Shown here piece by piece: positions 47,633 through 56,268 of a DNA stretch of 64,000 bases (positions are counted from its first letter, which is position 1; each line of letters starts with the position of its first letter). The translations under genes and the position numbers were made by a program. Origin of the DNA: an uncultured Syntrophomonadaceae bacterium (GTDB lineage: Bacteria > Bacillota > Dethiobacteria > DTU022 > PWGO01); the NCBI GenBank assembly GCA_964636865.1, contig CAZWVJ010000006.1, positions 24,882 through 88,881 of the forward strand, written 5' to 3'. The notes under the pieces are model-generated. The model ran no database searches. It was not told where the DNA came from and was given only the letters and a program-made list of their open reading frames with translations.

Positions 47633-48457
47633 CTATCGCAAACGCCGGTACCCCCATTCTTTAACAAAAAAAGGCATGAGTCGGAAAGCTAAGGTAGAAA
47701 ATTTAAGCACATTTAAGCGAGGTGACCATGTATTGTACTTATAACGAGCCCTCAGCTGACGTATTAAATTATCTTTTTCTGAAGATCGACTGACAGTTTC
47801 GCCGGTACGAAAATATTGCAGAGGTTCGGTAAGATTGTTGATAACCACATTTTCCCGCAATGCCCGCGCCCAGAGTTCTATATCCTGCTGGGTAAAAAAA
47901 TGCACATTATATAAACCAATACGAGCAAAGACAGAGCGGCGAAATATTACAGAAGAATGCACCAGGGGGCTGCGATAATGAAAAAAAGCTTCTATGTGGG
48001 GTTTATCTGCAGGCATTTTGCGCAAAAAACAATTCTCATTCGAAGGGTCTTTTTTGAATTCCCAGGCAGAGGTACCCAAAATATCTACTTCCGGATGCTT
48101 TTCCATAAATGTTAATTGCTTCTCAAGCCTTTCAGGATGCGCAATATCATCAGCATCCATCCTGGCATAATAAGGAGTTGTCGTATAAAGGATTGAGTAG
48201 TTAAGCGCATAAGGAAGCCCTTCATTTTGGGGAATTCTCAAAAGCTGAATATTTTCATTACCCCGCACATAACTTTCGACCAGGCGGGCAAGATTATCAC
48301 TAATGGGGCCGTCCTGGATAAGATGGATACTTTCAGGCAACAAAGTTTGCTTGAGAATAGAATCTACAGCTTCCTGAAATTGCTCGGTATTGCTTCCCCT
48401 ATAAAAAGGTATCCCTACCGTTATTCCCGAGCGATTAACGGCAAAATTTCTCTTCAT
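47633..48457 (-). CDS. Family 2 glycosyltransferase
   Basis: 274 aa. GT-A fold motifs (ITVGIPFYRG...DAD). Sits in a cell-wall polysaccharide context. Confidence 0.7.
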   Translation of the reverse strand: MKRNFAVNRSGITVGIPFYRGSNTEQFQEAVDSILKQTLLPESIHLIQDGPISDNLARLVESYVRGNENIQLLRIPQNEGLPYALNYSILYTTTPYYARMDADDIAHPERLEKQLTFMEKHPEVDILGTSAWEFKKDPSNENCFLRKMPADKPHIEAFFHYRSPLVHSSVIFRRSVFARIGLYNVHFFTQQDIELWARALRENVVINNLTEPLQYFRTGETVSRSSEKDNLIRQLRARYKYNTWSPRLNVLKFSTLAFRLMPFFVKEWGYRRLR

Positions 48458-48836
48458 AAACTACCTCTCTTTCCCATTCCGCCAACTTAATTTAACTAAA
48501 ATTTAAGTAAGAATTCTCTCACCTCTAAGCAGAACTTAGTTAGGAGATGAATTGCCAGTTGTTAACTAATTTTTTTACTCTCCATCTTCCCCGTCAAATA
48601 TCCTACATCATCTACAAGAGCTATTTCTATAACGACAGCCAAAACCCTCTTAATAAGACACTTCTTAATTTTTTACTCCCGTATTATTTTGCAAGGAAGC
48701 TTTTGGATCGTTATATTAGGCAAAGCATTTAGAAAGCTTTTGCCGATTGACTTATAATGCTAATTTATGCTATTATTTTAGGGGTTTAAATGAGTTATAT
48801 TAAAAAAAGAAAAAATTAAAATAAAAGGAGGAAAAT

Positions 48837-50654
48837 ATGAGTCAGTATAAAGAAAACTCAATTGCAGCGGTTTTTCAGAACAATGCTCAAAAGCTTAAAG
48901 GCAAAACTTATGCTTCTTATCGTAAAAACGGAGAGTACACGGATATTTCCTGGAACGAAATGAACAAAATGGTTAAAAATCTTTCTTATTACCTTATTTC
49001 CAAAGGCATTGCCAAAGGGGATAAGGTTTCTATTTTTGCGGCCAACCGTTACGAATGGCATATGGCAGCTCTTGCTATAACCTCCATAGGCGCAGTGGAT
49101 GTCCCTATTTACTCTACCAATTCCTCAGAAGAAGCAGAATATGTGCTTGAACATTCAGACGCCAAGATGTGTTTGGTGGGCAATAACGATCAATTGGAAC
49201 GAGTCCTTAAAGTTAGGGACAACCTTCCATTGGTGGAAGAATATATTGTATTTGATGAATATAAAGGCAGTGCGGAAGGTGTGAAAACGCTGGGTCAGGT
49301 TTTAAAAGAAGGTGAAGCCAACCCGGCTGAAGAAGAGTTTGATTCCAGGTTAAAATCCATCGAGCCCAACGATCTTTCTACCCTCATTTACACTTCGGGA
49401 ACTACAGGAAAACCCAAAGGAGTTATGCTTACACACAATAATCTTTATTCCAATGTGGCAAACACATTCTACGAAATGAGAGACCGCAATACCGGCGAAT
49501 ATCTAATTACCGAAAACGACGTTTTTCTTTCTTTTCTGCCCCTTTCTCACTCATTGGAAAGAACAGCAGGTTTTCACGGGGCGGTATATGCCGGCGCTAA
49601 AACAGCTTTTGCCTGGGATATAAACACAATTATGGATGACCTGGCAGAAGTAAGACCTACTATCATTATTTGCGTGCCCCGCATTTATGAGAAAATCCAC
49701 GCCGGCATTTACGCGAAGCTGGATGACGCCTCGAACTTGAAGAAAAAAATGTTTACTTTCGCATCCGGACAAGCCAAAAAGAATCTCGAGAAAGTATGCC
49801 GCAACCAGGAAATAACCAGCTTTAGATACAAGCTTGCCGATAAATTGGTGTTTAGCAAATTAAAGGAAACCCTGGGCATGGATCGCTTAAGATATGCCAT
49901 TTCCGGCGGTGCTCCTCTTGCGCCTAGTGACGCAGAATTTTTTATCGGGATGGGACTCAAAATTCTTGAAGGATTCGGGCTTACCGAGACTTCTCCTATC
50001 CTCACTTTCAATCGTCCGTGGTATATAAAGGTTGGCACTGTGGGACAGCCAATTAAAGATACCGAAATTAAAATCGGCGATGACGGGGAAGTCATGGCAA
50101 GGGGACCACAAATTATGGCCGGCTACTATAAAAACGAGGCTGCCACAAAAGAAGCAATAACACCCGAAGGTTTTTATTGCACCGGCGATGTTGGAGCCAT
50201 TGATGAAGAAGGCTTTTTGAAAATCACCGGCCGCATAAAAGATATTATTGTCACTGCCGGCGGAAAAAATATCTCCCCGCAAAATATTGAAAACAATATC
50301 AAAGAATCTCGTTATGTAGAGCAACTAGCCATCATCGGAGATAAGCGCAAGTTCCTCTCTGCTCTCATAGTGCCGGCTTTCCCTGAACTTGAGTCCTGGG
50401 CCAAGCAACAAGGAATCTCTTACTCGAACACGAATGAACTGCTACAAAACCCACAGGTTCAAGATCTATACCGAAAAGAAATTGATGAAAAGACAAAAGA
50501 ATTTGCCCGGGTAGAGCAGATACGTAAATTTACCCTGATCAATGCCGAGTGGACGCAGGAAACGGGAGAACTTACTCCTACCCAGAAGGTGAAAAGAAAA
50601 GTCATCCAGGAAAAATACCACGACTTGATCGAGAAAATGTACGCCGAAGAATAA
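48837..50654 (+). CDS. Long-chain fatty-acid--CoA ligase (AMP-binding enzyme family)
   Basis: 605 aa. AMP-binding signature YTSGTTGKPKGVMLTHNNL. The C-terminal region is typical of LC-FACS-like ligases. Confidence 0.8.
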   Translation: MSQYKENSIAAVFQNNAQKLKGKTYASYRKNGEYTDISWNEMNKMVKNLSYYLISKGIAKGDKVSIFAANRYEWHMAALAITSIGAVDVPIYSTNSSEEAEYVLEHSDAKMCLVGNNDQLERVLKVRDNLPLVEEYIVFDEYKGSAEGVKTLGQVLKEGEANPAEEEFDSRLKSIEPNDLSTLIYTSGTTGKPKGVMLTHNNLYSNVANTFYEMRDRNTGEYLITENDVFLSFLPLSHSLERTAGFHGAVYAGAKTAFAWDINTIMDDLAEVRPTIIICVPRIYEKIHAGIYAKLDDASNLKKKMFTFASGQAKKNLEKVCRNQEITSFRYKLADKLVFSKLKETLGMDRLRYAISGGAPLAPSDAEFFIGMGLKILEGFGLTETSPILTFNRPWYIKVGTVGQPIKDTEIKIGDDGEVMARGPQIMAGYYKNEAATKEAITPEGFYCTGDVGAIDEEGFLKITGRIKDIIVTAGGKNISPQNIENNIKESRYVEQLAIIGDKRKFLSALIVPAFPELESWAKQQGISYSNTNELLQNPQVQDLYRKEIDEKTKEFARVEQIRKFTLINAEWTQETGELTPTQKVKRKVIQEKYHDLIEKMYAEE

Positions 50655-50678
50655 TCAAGCTTCACTCATATAAAAAAA

Positions 50679-50717
50679 GGTGTTAAAGGGGACGGTTCCT
50701 TTTGACACCTTTTTTTT
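50679..50717 (+). terminator. Rho-independent terminator after the acyl-CoA ligase; copy 1 of a recurring palindromic element
   Basis: GGTGTTAAAGG-ggacggtt-CCTTTTGACACC followed by T8. It begins 25 nt after the stop codon. Confidence 0.65.
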
Positions 50718-50779
50718 GGGTTCTTTCGGGATGAGAGTGACAGTGGGGACGGGGCAATTTTGTCACAAAGTTGCTCTCT

Positions 50780-50813
50780 GCCAAAGGGAACGGTTCCTTT
50801 TGGCAGCTTTTTT
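50780..50813 (+). terminator. Second hairpin + T-tract (copy 2 of the same element family)
   Basis: GCCAAAGG-gaacggtt-CCTTTTGGC, then agc and T6. It shares the core GGAACGGTTCCTTTTG with copy 1. Confidence 0.45.
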
Positions 50814-50845
50814 GGGGTACCAAATGCAACCGCCCCCTTTGCTGC

Positions 50846-51340
50846 CTATTTTTTCTTATTCTTATTTTTACTCTTTTTCTTATTCTTATTACCGGAGTTG
50901 TTTTTTGATTTCGCTTTTTGCTGAGAGTTATTATTGGAAGTGCCGGAGCTATTTTTCATAGTATTGCTGTTGTTCTGTTTCTGCTTTTTCTTCTGCTGGT
51001 TTTCCAAGGCCCTCTTCTGCTGTCTGGTGAGATTTTTCTCCTTGGTACGGTTGTTATAAACCTTGTAGCCGGCAGCTCCAACGGCCAGTCCCCCTGCTAA
51101 CACCAAAAAGGGCCAAGCAGCCATCATATCCGTTTCTGCTTCTGTCTCATATTGGGGTTCATCTGGCTCAGGAGTTTCTGTGTCTTCGGATTCTTCCACA
51201 GTCCCCGGATCAGGTATTATTCCATCCTCACCTTCTTCTAAGCATGCCGCACAAGCCATTAATACTCCCGCAGCGAAAATTAAAGCCACCGTAATGAGGC
51301 AACGTTCCCAGATTTTCAACTTTCGAGGATTTTCTTTCAT
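50846..51340 (-). CDS. Small membrane protein with acidic ectodomain and Lys/Asn-rich C-terminal tail (hypothetical)
   Basis: 164 aa. Two hydrophobic helices flank an E/D/T/P-rich loop. The C-terminal 50 aa are K/N/Q/S low complexity. A GGAGGA ribosome-binding site lies upstream. It is the last gene of the His-rich ABC module. Confidence 0.45.
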   Translation of the reverse strand: MKENPRKLKIWERCLITVALIFAAGVLMACAACLEEGEDGIIPDPGTVEESEDTETPEPDEPQYETEAETDMMAAWPFLVLAGGLAVGAAGYKVYNNRTKEKNLTRQQKRALENQQKKKQKQNNSNTMKNSSGTSNNNSQQKAKSKNNSGNKNKKKSKNKNKKK

Positions 51341-51410
51341 TATTACTTATCCTCCAGTTCAAAGAAATAATATAGACCTCGAAAACCTTCTACAAGTAAT
51401 CTCTTTGAAA

Positions 51411-52208
51411 TTAATCCATTCTGGCCATCTCATTGGACCACTCAAAATACTCATCCCAAAGAGCTATTACATCTTCCCTGTATGCAGAAAGGTTTTCTTC
51501 TTCTCCTTCCTCCATGAGTTCATTGATTTCTTCTGCCAGTTCTTTTACTTCTTTTAATATCCCCAAAAGAGGCTCAAAAGAATCTACTCCATACCCTTCC
51601 ACTTGATTGATAAGGGCTTCTATTTCACCTATGTCTATCTGTTCCATCTCCTCTTCGGGCGTTTCCTCGGCGGTATAGGCTTGCATTTCGTTCATGACTC
51701 CCAGAAATTCCATCCCCACTCCATCTGCAGTGAGCATAGCATATTCCTGCAGCGACTGGGGCATTTCATCTTTATCCGCAACCTTCAGGTCATTCACATG
51801 TATACGGAAAGGGGTAGTGTAACCGAATTCATCGGTTTTTTCCTCTACTTCCAACTCGCCGCTAACAGTCACCGGTTCTTCGGTAAATTCAATAGAATCA
51901 CCCGCCGGAGCCATGGCAGGTATGGCAGAAACCGGAATGTCGGTACCAGGTATGCAGTAAGGACACTCTACCATGGGAGCGTTGGTCAAGTAAATAAAAC
52001 TACCGTCCAGCGGTGACTGCATAGCCATAAAACCGGTCATGGATACATTATCTCCATCCAGTTCCTTTACCCTCTGTGAAATGTTAAAGTCTTCATCCCA
52101 CAGCTCGGCAAATTGGAGGTGGGCGCTCTCCCCCGGTTCTCCCTCACATCCTGCTGCAAGCAATAAAACAATTGTAGTGAGAATTATCAGTATTTTTTTC
52201 ATATTCAA
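51411..52208 (-). CDS. Lipoprotein of unknown function (CxxC-containing, acidic C-terminal half)
   Basis: 265 aa. Lipobox LLLAAGC. The mature domain contains ECPYCIPG. The C-terminus is Glu-rich. Its start is 3 nt after the upstream FtsX permease stop. Confidence 0.5.
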   Translation of the reverse strand: MNMKKILIILTTIVLLLAAGCEGEPGESAHLQFAELWDEDFNISQRVKELDGDNVSMTGFMAMQSPLDGSFIYLTNAPMVECPYCIPGTDIPVSAIPAMAPAGDSIEFTEEPVTVSGELEVEEKTDEFGYTTPFRIHVNDLKVADKDEMPQSLQEYAMLTADGVGMEFLGVMNEMQAYTAEETPEEEMEQIDIGEIEALINQVEGYGVDSFEPLLGILKEVKELAEEINELMEEGEEENLSAYREDVIALWDEYFEWSNEMARMD

Positions 52209-52210
52209 CT

Positions 52211-53656
52211 CTATTCTACCTCCAAGGGGTCATGTTTGTAAACAGGAAAAATAGAAATTATCGCTGAAATTACAATAATCGCAAAAACAAGGAGCACCAG
52301 GATAAATTCTCCCGGGTAATGTTTAGCCGGGTCTATCATTATGCCCATTCTGTCTGCCGTAAAATTATTGATCAAGTAAAGCCCTCCGTAGCTTATCAAA
52401 AACGAGATGACGATACTCACCACGGAAATAATTACCGTCTGCAGGACAAACAGGGAAAAAATGGTTTTCCTTTTTATGCCCAGCAAGCGCATGATCAAAA
52501 TATCTTTTTTGCTGTCCTCCACAAATGAGGCCGTGGTCACGTAAATTACTACTGCTGCCATAAACACTATAATAGCGGCTAGAGCAATCAATACATCCCG
52601 CCCCAGGTTAAGGTTGTCCATTAGATCCCTTAAAACAGTGGTCGGATTGACCGCTTGCACGCCGGGCTTTTCATCAAACTGAGACTTCAGCTCCATATGA
52701 GCAGCAAGCCCTTCTGTGTTCACAATTACCGATACCAGGTCGCCGGTAACTTTTTCATCGTGGTCGTGGTTATGAGCGTGGTCATCATCATGGCTGTGAT
52801 CATCATGGTCATTGTGGTCATGGCCGTGCTCATCATCGTGGGTATGTTCGTCTGCATCGTTGTGGTCATCATCGTGATCATGGTCGTGTCCGTTGTGGTA
52901 ATGGTCATCGTGGTCATGGTGATCATCATGGTCATGATCGTTGTGTTCATCGTCGTGTTCGTGGTCTTCATGCTCGTGTTCGTCATGCTCTTCATGGTCG
53001 TGGTCATGATCGTCATGCTCATGTTCGTGGTCGTCATTACAATCGTCGTGGTCATGGTCGTGAATTACCCAAACGCTTTCGGCAGTCGTAAAGATAACAT
53101 TGTCCGAAGCCGTCCCGCTCCGGTCAAGAATCCCTACTACTTCGTATTCAAACTCGTCATGAACATGTCCGTTTTCTCCAAAACCATGCACTCCTACAAA
53201 AATTTCGCCTATCTCTAAAACTCCCGCATCAGCCACATTGTAGCCGATTACAGCTTCTTCGGTCTCCTCAAACATTTCGCCTGCCTTCAACCCATAATCC
53301 TGCAGGTATCCCGGGACTGTGCCAATAATGGGAATCCCCTGATAGGAATCTCCGGCAGCCATGGGATAGGCTTCCCTTACTGAGGGATTGGCTTTTAGTT
53401 CTTCATAGTATTTGTAAGGAATCGTCCCCAGCGGACTTTCCGTGAAAAACATGCTGGAAAAAACTAGTTCCAAGGGGCTACCTTCGGGACCCACAATGGT
53501 ATCATAGTATCCCGCCGTTGAAATAATGCCTTCCTCTACTTGATGAGCAGTATTATAAGTGATCAACGCAATGGTGGTACACAATATAACCGCTATGCAA
53601 GCAAGCAATGCCCGGGTGAACCTGGTCCGAAGATTTTTTAGCGCAAATTTAATCAT
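52211..53656 (-). CDS. FtsX/MacB-family ABC transporter permease with approximately 100-aa His/Asp/Glu-rich insert in the extracytoplasmic domain
   Basis: 481 aa. N-terminal transmembrane helix, large extracytoplasmic (MacB_PCD-like) domain and C-terminal FtsX four-helix bundle. The insert HDHDHDDCNDDHEHEHDDHDHDHEEHDEHEHEDHEHDDEHNDHDHDDHHDHDDHYHNGHDHDHDDDHNDADEHTHDDEHGHDHNDHDDHSHDDDHAHNHDHDEK lies between the periplasmic domain halves. Confidence 0.8.
   Translation of the reverse strand: MIKFALKNLRTRFTRALLACIAVILCTTIALITYNTAHQVEEGIISTAGYYDTIVGPEGSPLELVFSSMFFTESPLGTIPYKYYEELKANPSVREAYPMAAGDSYQGIPIIGTVPGYLQDYGLKAGEMFEETEEAVIGYNVADAGVLEIGEIFVGVHGFGENGHVHDEFEYEVVGILDRSGTASDNVIFTTAESVWVIHDHDHDDCNDDHEHEHDDHDHDHEEHDEHEHEDHEHDDEHNDHDHDDHHDHDDHYHNGHDHDHDDDHNDADEHTHDDEHGHDHNDHDDHSHDDDHAHNHDHDEKVTGDLVSVIVNTEGLAAHMELKSQFDEKPGVQAVNPTTVLRDLMDNLNLGRDVLIALAAIIVFMAAVVIYVTTASFVEDSKKDILIMRLLGIKRKTIFSLFVLQTVIISVVSIVISFLISYGGLYLINNFTADRMGIMIDPAKHYPGEFILVLLVFAIIVISAIISIFPVYKHDPLEVE
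52726..53055. repeat. Low-complexity (CAY/GAY)n codon repeat that encodes the His/Asp tract
   Basis: The plus strand reads GTGGTCRTGRTCATCATG... for about 330 bp. It generates spurious long ORFs on both strands (52655-53218 plus and 52726-53055 minus). Confidence 0.85.
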
Positions 53657-54309
53657 TATTTCCCCACCTCGCTTAATTCAGCATTCAGTTCCGACATCTC
53701 TATAAAGACGTCAAAATGATCTTTCATATCATAATCATGGGAAACGGTTATTACCGGTATATCAAATTTCTGCGCGTAACCTGCCGTCAAGGACATGATC
53801 TCATCGGCTATCTTCTTATTCAGGTTACCGGTGGGTTCATCCGCCAGTAATACAAGGGGATCTTTGATGAGAGCCCTGGCAATAGCCACACGCTGTTTTT
53901 CTCCCACCGAAAGGGTGGTAACTTTCTTTTTCTTTTTAGGCAAAATCCCCATGATTTCAAGCATTTTATCAATATCCAGTGTTTTCCTTAATTCCAATTC
54001 CAGAAGCTTCAAGTTATCTTCTACGGTCATCTGGTCAAGCAGACGGAAGTCCTGGAAAACGTACCCCACGGAACTCAGGCGGTACTCATCCCGCTTTACG
54101 GGCGTCCACCCGGTAATATCTCTCCCATTGACCACAACTTCCCCGGCATCAGCAGGAATCACGCCGGCAATAATGTTTAGCAGGGTAGATTTTCCACATC
54201 CCGAAGGACCAAAAACGAGGTAGCTTACCCCCTTTTCAAATGTGTATTCGGGAATGTCAATAATTTTTTCATTGTCATAGCTTTTTTGCAGGTTTTTGAT
54301 ATAGATCAT
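53656..54309 (-). CDS. ABC transporter ATP-binding protein (MacB/LolD-type, partner of the FtsX permease)
   Basis: 217 aa. Walker A GPSGCGKST, signature LSVGEKQRV and Walker B LLADEPT. The stop overlaps the permease start (ATGA). Confidence 0.85.
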   Translation of the reverse strand: MIYIKNLQKSYDNEKIIDIPEYTFEKGVSYLVFGPSGCGKSTLLNIIAGVIPADAGEVVVNGRDITGWTPVKRDEYRLSSVGYVFQDFRLLDQMTVEDNLKLLELELRKTLDIDKMLEIMGILPKKKKKVTTLSVGEKQRVAIARALIKDPLVLLADEPTGNLNKKIADEIMSLTAGYAQKFDIPVITVSHDYDMKDHFDVFIEMSELNAELSEVGK

Positions 54310-54469
54310 GATTTACCCCCTTTTTTACCTTCCTAAAGTTATTTGTTGCAACTCTTAAAAGGAAAGAATCAAATAGAACATTGCTCAACATTGATCACGT
54401 TTCTTACCTTTAGAGCCTTCTTTTACTTACGTCTTAACTTTTCTTATTTTTCTTCCAAATAATAACAAA

Positions 54470-54506
54470 AGGTGTCAAAAGGAACCGTCCCCTCGGTACC
54501 TTTTGG
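54470..54506 (-). terminator. Hairpin + T-rich tract immediately after znuA (copy 3, inverted, of the recurring element)
   Basis: CAAAAGGAACC-gtcccctc-GGTACCTTTTG. On the minus strand it is followed by ACACCTTTTGTTATTATTT. It contains the reverse complement of the copy-1 core (GGTGTCAAAAGGAACCGTCCCC). Confidence 0.5.
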
Positions 54507-54516
54507 GGTAATGAAA

Positions 54517-55491
54517 TTAGCCAAGGGCTTCCTCCAATTTCATGGTGTTATATAAAAGAAGTTCTATATAGGAATTTCTATTTTCCAGGTCTTCTCCGCC
54601 TAAAGGATCAAGGTAAGCGACCTCGCCCCCGATTTCTTCCGCCAACTGCTTAGCTACTGCCGGGTTAAGCTGGGGTTCGCAAAAAATCACGCAGGCGCCG
54701 ATTTCCTCTGCGACACCAACCAGTTCAGCCATCCAGGCGGCAGAAGGCTCCTGGCCAGGATAAGGCGCTATAACCGCTGCCTCCTCCAGGCCATACCGGT
54801 CCGCAAAATACTTCCAGGCAGAGTGATAGGTAATAAATTGATTGCTATAAAAGTCGGAAACTTTTTTTTCAATCTCGGCATGGGCCTGCGTCAACTGCTG
54901 CGTATAAAGCTCCCGCTGATCGCTGAAATAATCTTCCTTCGCCGGTTCTGCTTCCGCAAGGACTTTTTCGAGCTTGGGCAAGACTTCATCCCTGACCAGT
55001 AGAGGATCCAACCAAATATGGGGATCACCCCCTTCCTTTTTACACGTGGAGGAATGGTCGGAATTGGCAGTTTCCTCATAGAATTTAGATGGAGAAGACG
55101 CTTCCTTGAGCTGAACTCCCTCGGTTAACTCTACTACTTCCAGATCAGAGGGGGCGGCCTCTATCACCTCAGCAGCCCAATCGTCAAGTCCTCCTCCCAC
55201 GTGAACAAATACGTCCGCTCCGGACATCTTTTTCATTTGCTCCACTGTAGGATCAAAAGTGTGAGGACTGGCACCGGAAGGAAGAAGGTAACTCACTTCT
55301 ACTTCTTTCCCACCGATATTCCGGACGATGTCGGCAAGGGGGAAAATTGTGGTAACTACTTTAACACTCTCTTGCTCATTAACACCCCGGGTATTCTCAT
55401 CACAACCGCATACCCAGAAATTAAGGGAAAATAAAGCAACTAATATTATTAATACTGCCGGTTGAAACTTGCGCATTTTTATCACTCTCAA
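54517..55491 (-). CDS. znuA: Metal (zinc-type) ABC transporter substrate-binding lipoprotein, ZnuA/TroA family
   Basis: 324 aa. Lipobox ...LNFWVCGC. Cluster-9 solute-binding protein fold with DPHIWLDP and a flexible acidic/His loop. Context with znuB, znuC and a Fur-family regulator. Confidence 0.8.
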   Translation of the reverse strand: MRVIKMRKFQPAVLIILVALFSLNFWVCGCDENTRGVNEQESVKVVTTIFPLADIVRNIGGKEVEVSYLLPSGASPHTFDPTVEQMKKMSGADVFVHVGGGLDDWAAEVIEAAPSDLEVVELTEGVQLKEASSPSKFYEETANSDHSSTCKKEGGDPHIWLDPLLVRDEVLPKLEKVLAEAEPAKEDYFSDQRELYTQQLTQAHAEIEKKVSDFYSNQFITYHSAWKYFADRYGLEEAAVIAPYPGQEPSAAWMAELVGVAEEIGACVIFCEPQLNPAVAKQLAEEIGGEVAYLDPLGGEDLENRNSYIELLLYNTMKLEEALG

Positions 55492-55508
55492 TTTTTATTG
55501 AAATTTAT

Positions 55509-55525
55509 TTTCAATTTTTCTCATT
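55509..55525. promoter_or_regulatory. 17-bp AT-rich near-palindrome just upstream of znuA (candidate Fur-family/Zur operator)
   Basis: TTGAAATTTATTTTCAA has one mismatch from perfect dyad symmetry. It is 18 nt upstream of the znuA start codon. Confidence 0.3.
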
Positions 55526-55696
55526 TTATAATATTAGCTTCTCTTATGTCAATGCCTTTGAAGTAAATATTAAATGATAATAATTATCAATAATTATAAA
55601 AAAACACCTATAACCTATATCTCTTAGCCATTCTCATTTAAAATATTAAATTATATAGGTCCGGGCATAATATAGCTGCAAGTATGATAGCTTAAC

Positions 55697-56149
55697 TTAA
55701 CTGGAAGCGGAACAATGGGGGCAAAGCCCGTAGGCCACCGTAGAATGGGAGTAAATCTTAAACCTGGTGGACGATTCAATATCTTCCACCAGATGTTTGA
55801 AATTGCAGTTGCCAAACTCTACAATACGCTTGCATTCCATGCACACCAGGTGATGGTGATGGTCTTCGGGAAGGATTATTTCATAACGTTGGCGGCCCTC
55901 GGGAAGTTCCAGGGTGTTAACTATATTCAACTGACGAAGCAGATCCATGGTTCGATAAACCGTAGCCACTCCTATACCGGGGTAATCTTTACTCACCTCA
56001 GAATACAGATCATCAATATCCGGATGCCCTTCGGTATGGATCAAAAATTCAATAATGGCCAGGCGGGGTCCTGTTATTTTATAACCATGGTTCTTAATTT
56101 CATTCTTTATTTTTTCCAACAAAGGCCTAAGCCGTGAATTATTTGCCAT
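55697..56149 (-). CDS. zur: Fur-family metalloregulator (probable Zur)
   Basis: 150 aa. Winged-helix N-terminus, HHHH motif, CxxC pairs (CMEC, CPHC). Embedded in the znu locus. Confidence 0.75.
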   Translation of the reverse strand: MANNSRLRPLLEKIKNEIKNHGYKITGPRLAIIEFLIHTEGHPDIDDLYSEVSKDYPGIGVATVYRTMDLLRQLNIVNTLELPEGRQRYEIILPEDHHHHLVCMECKRIVEFGNCNFKHLVEDIESSTRFKIYSHSTVAYGLCPHCSASS

Positions 56150-56268
56150 TTTTTCCCTTTACTTTCCTTATTTGAATAAAGTAATTGCTATGCTAACCAA
56201 TATTAATATACAACAGAATTAGGCTTAATTAAAGGGTAAAATTAACAATACTTCCAGCTGTCGTTTTT

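Noticed and set aside
52655-53218. Plus-strand 187-aa ORF and minus-strand 109-aa ORF (52726-53055) with extreme V/I/M or T/M composition
   Set aside because: They are artefacts of the (CAY/GAY)n repeat encoding the His/Asp tract of the FtsX permease. Any frame of this repeat is open.
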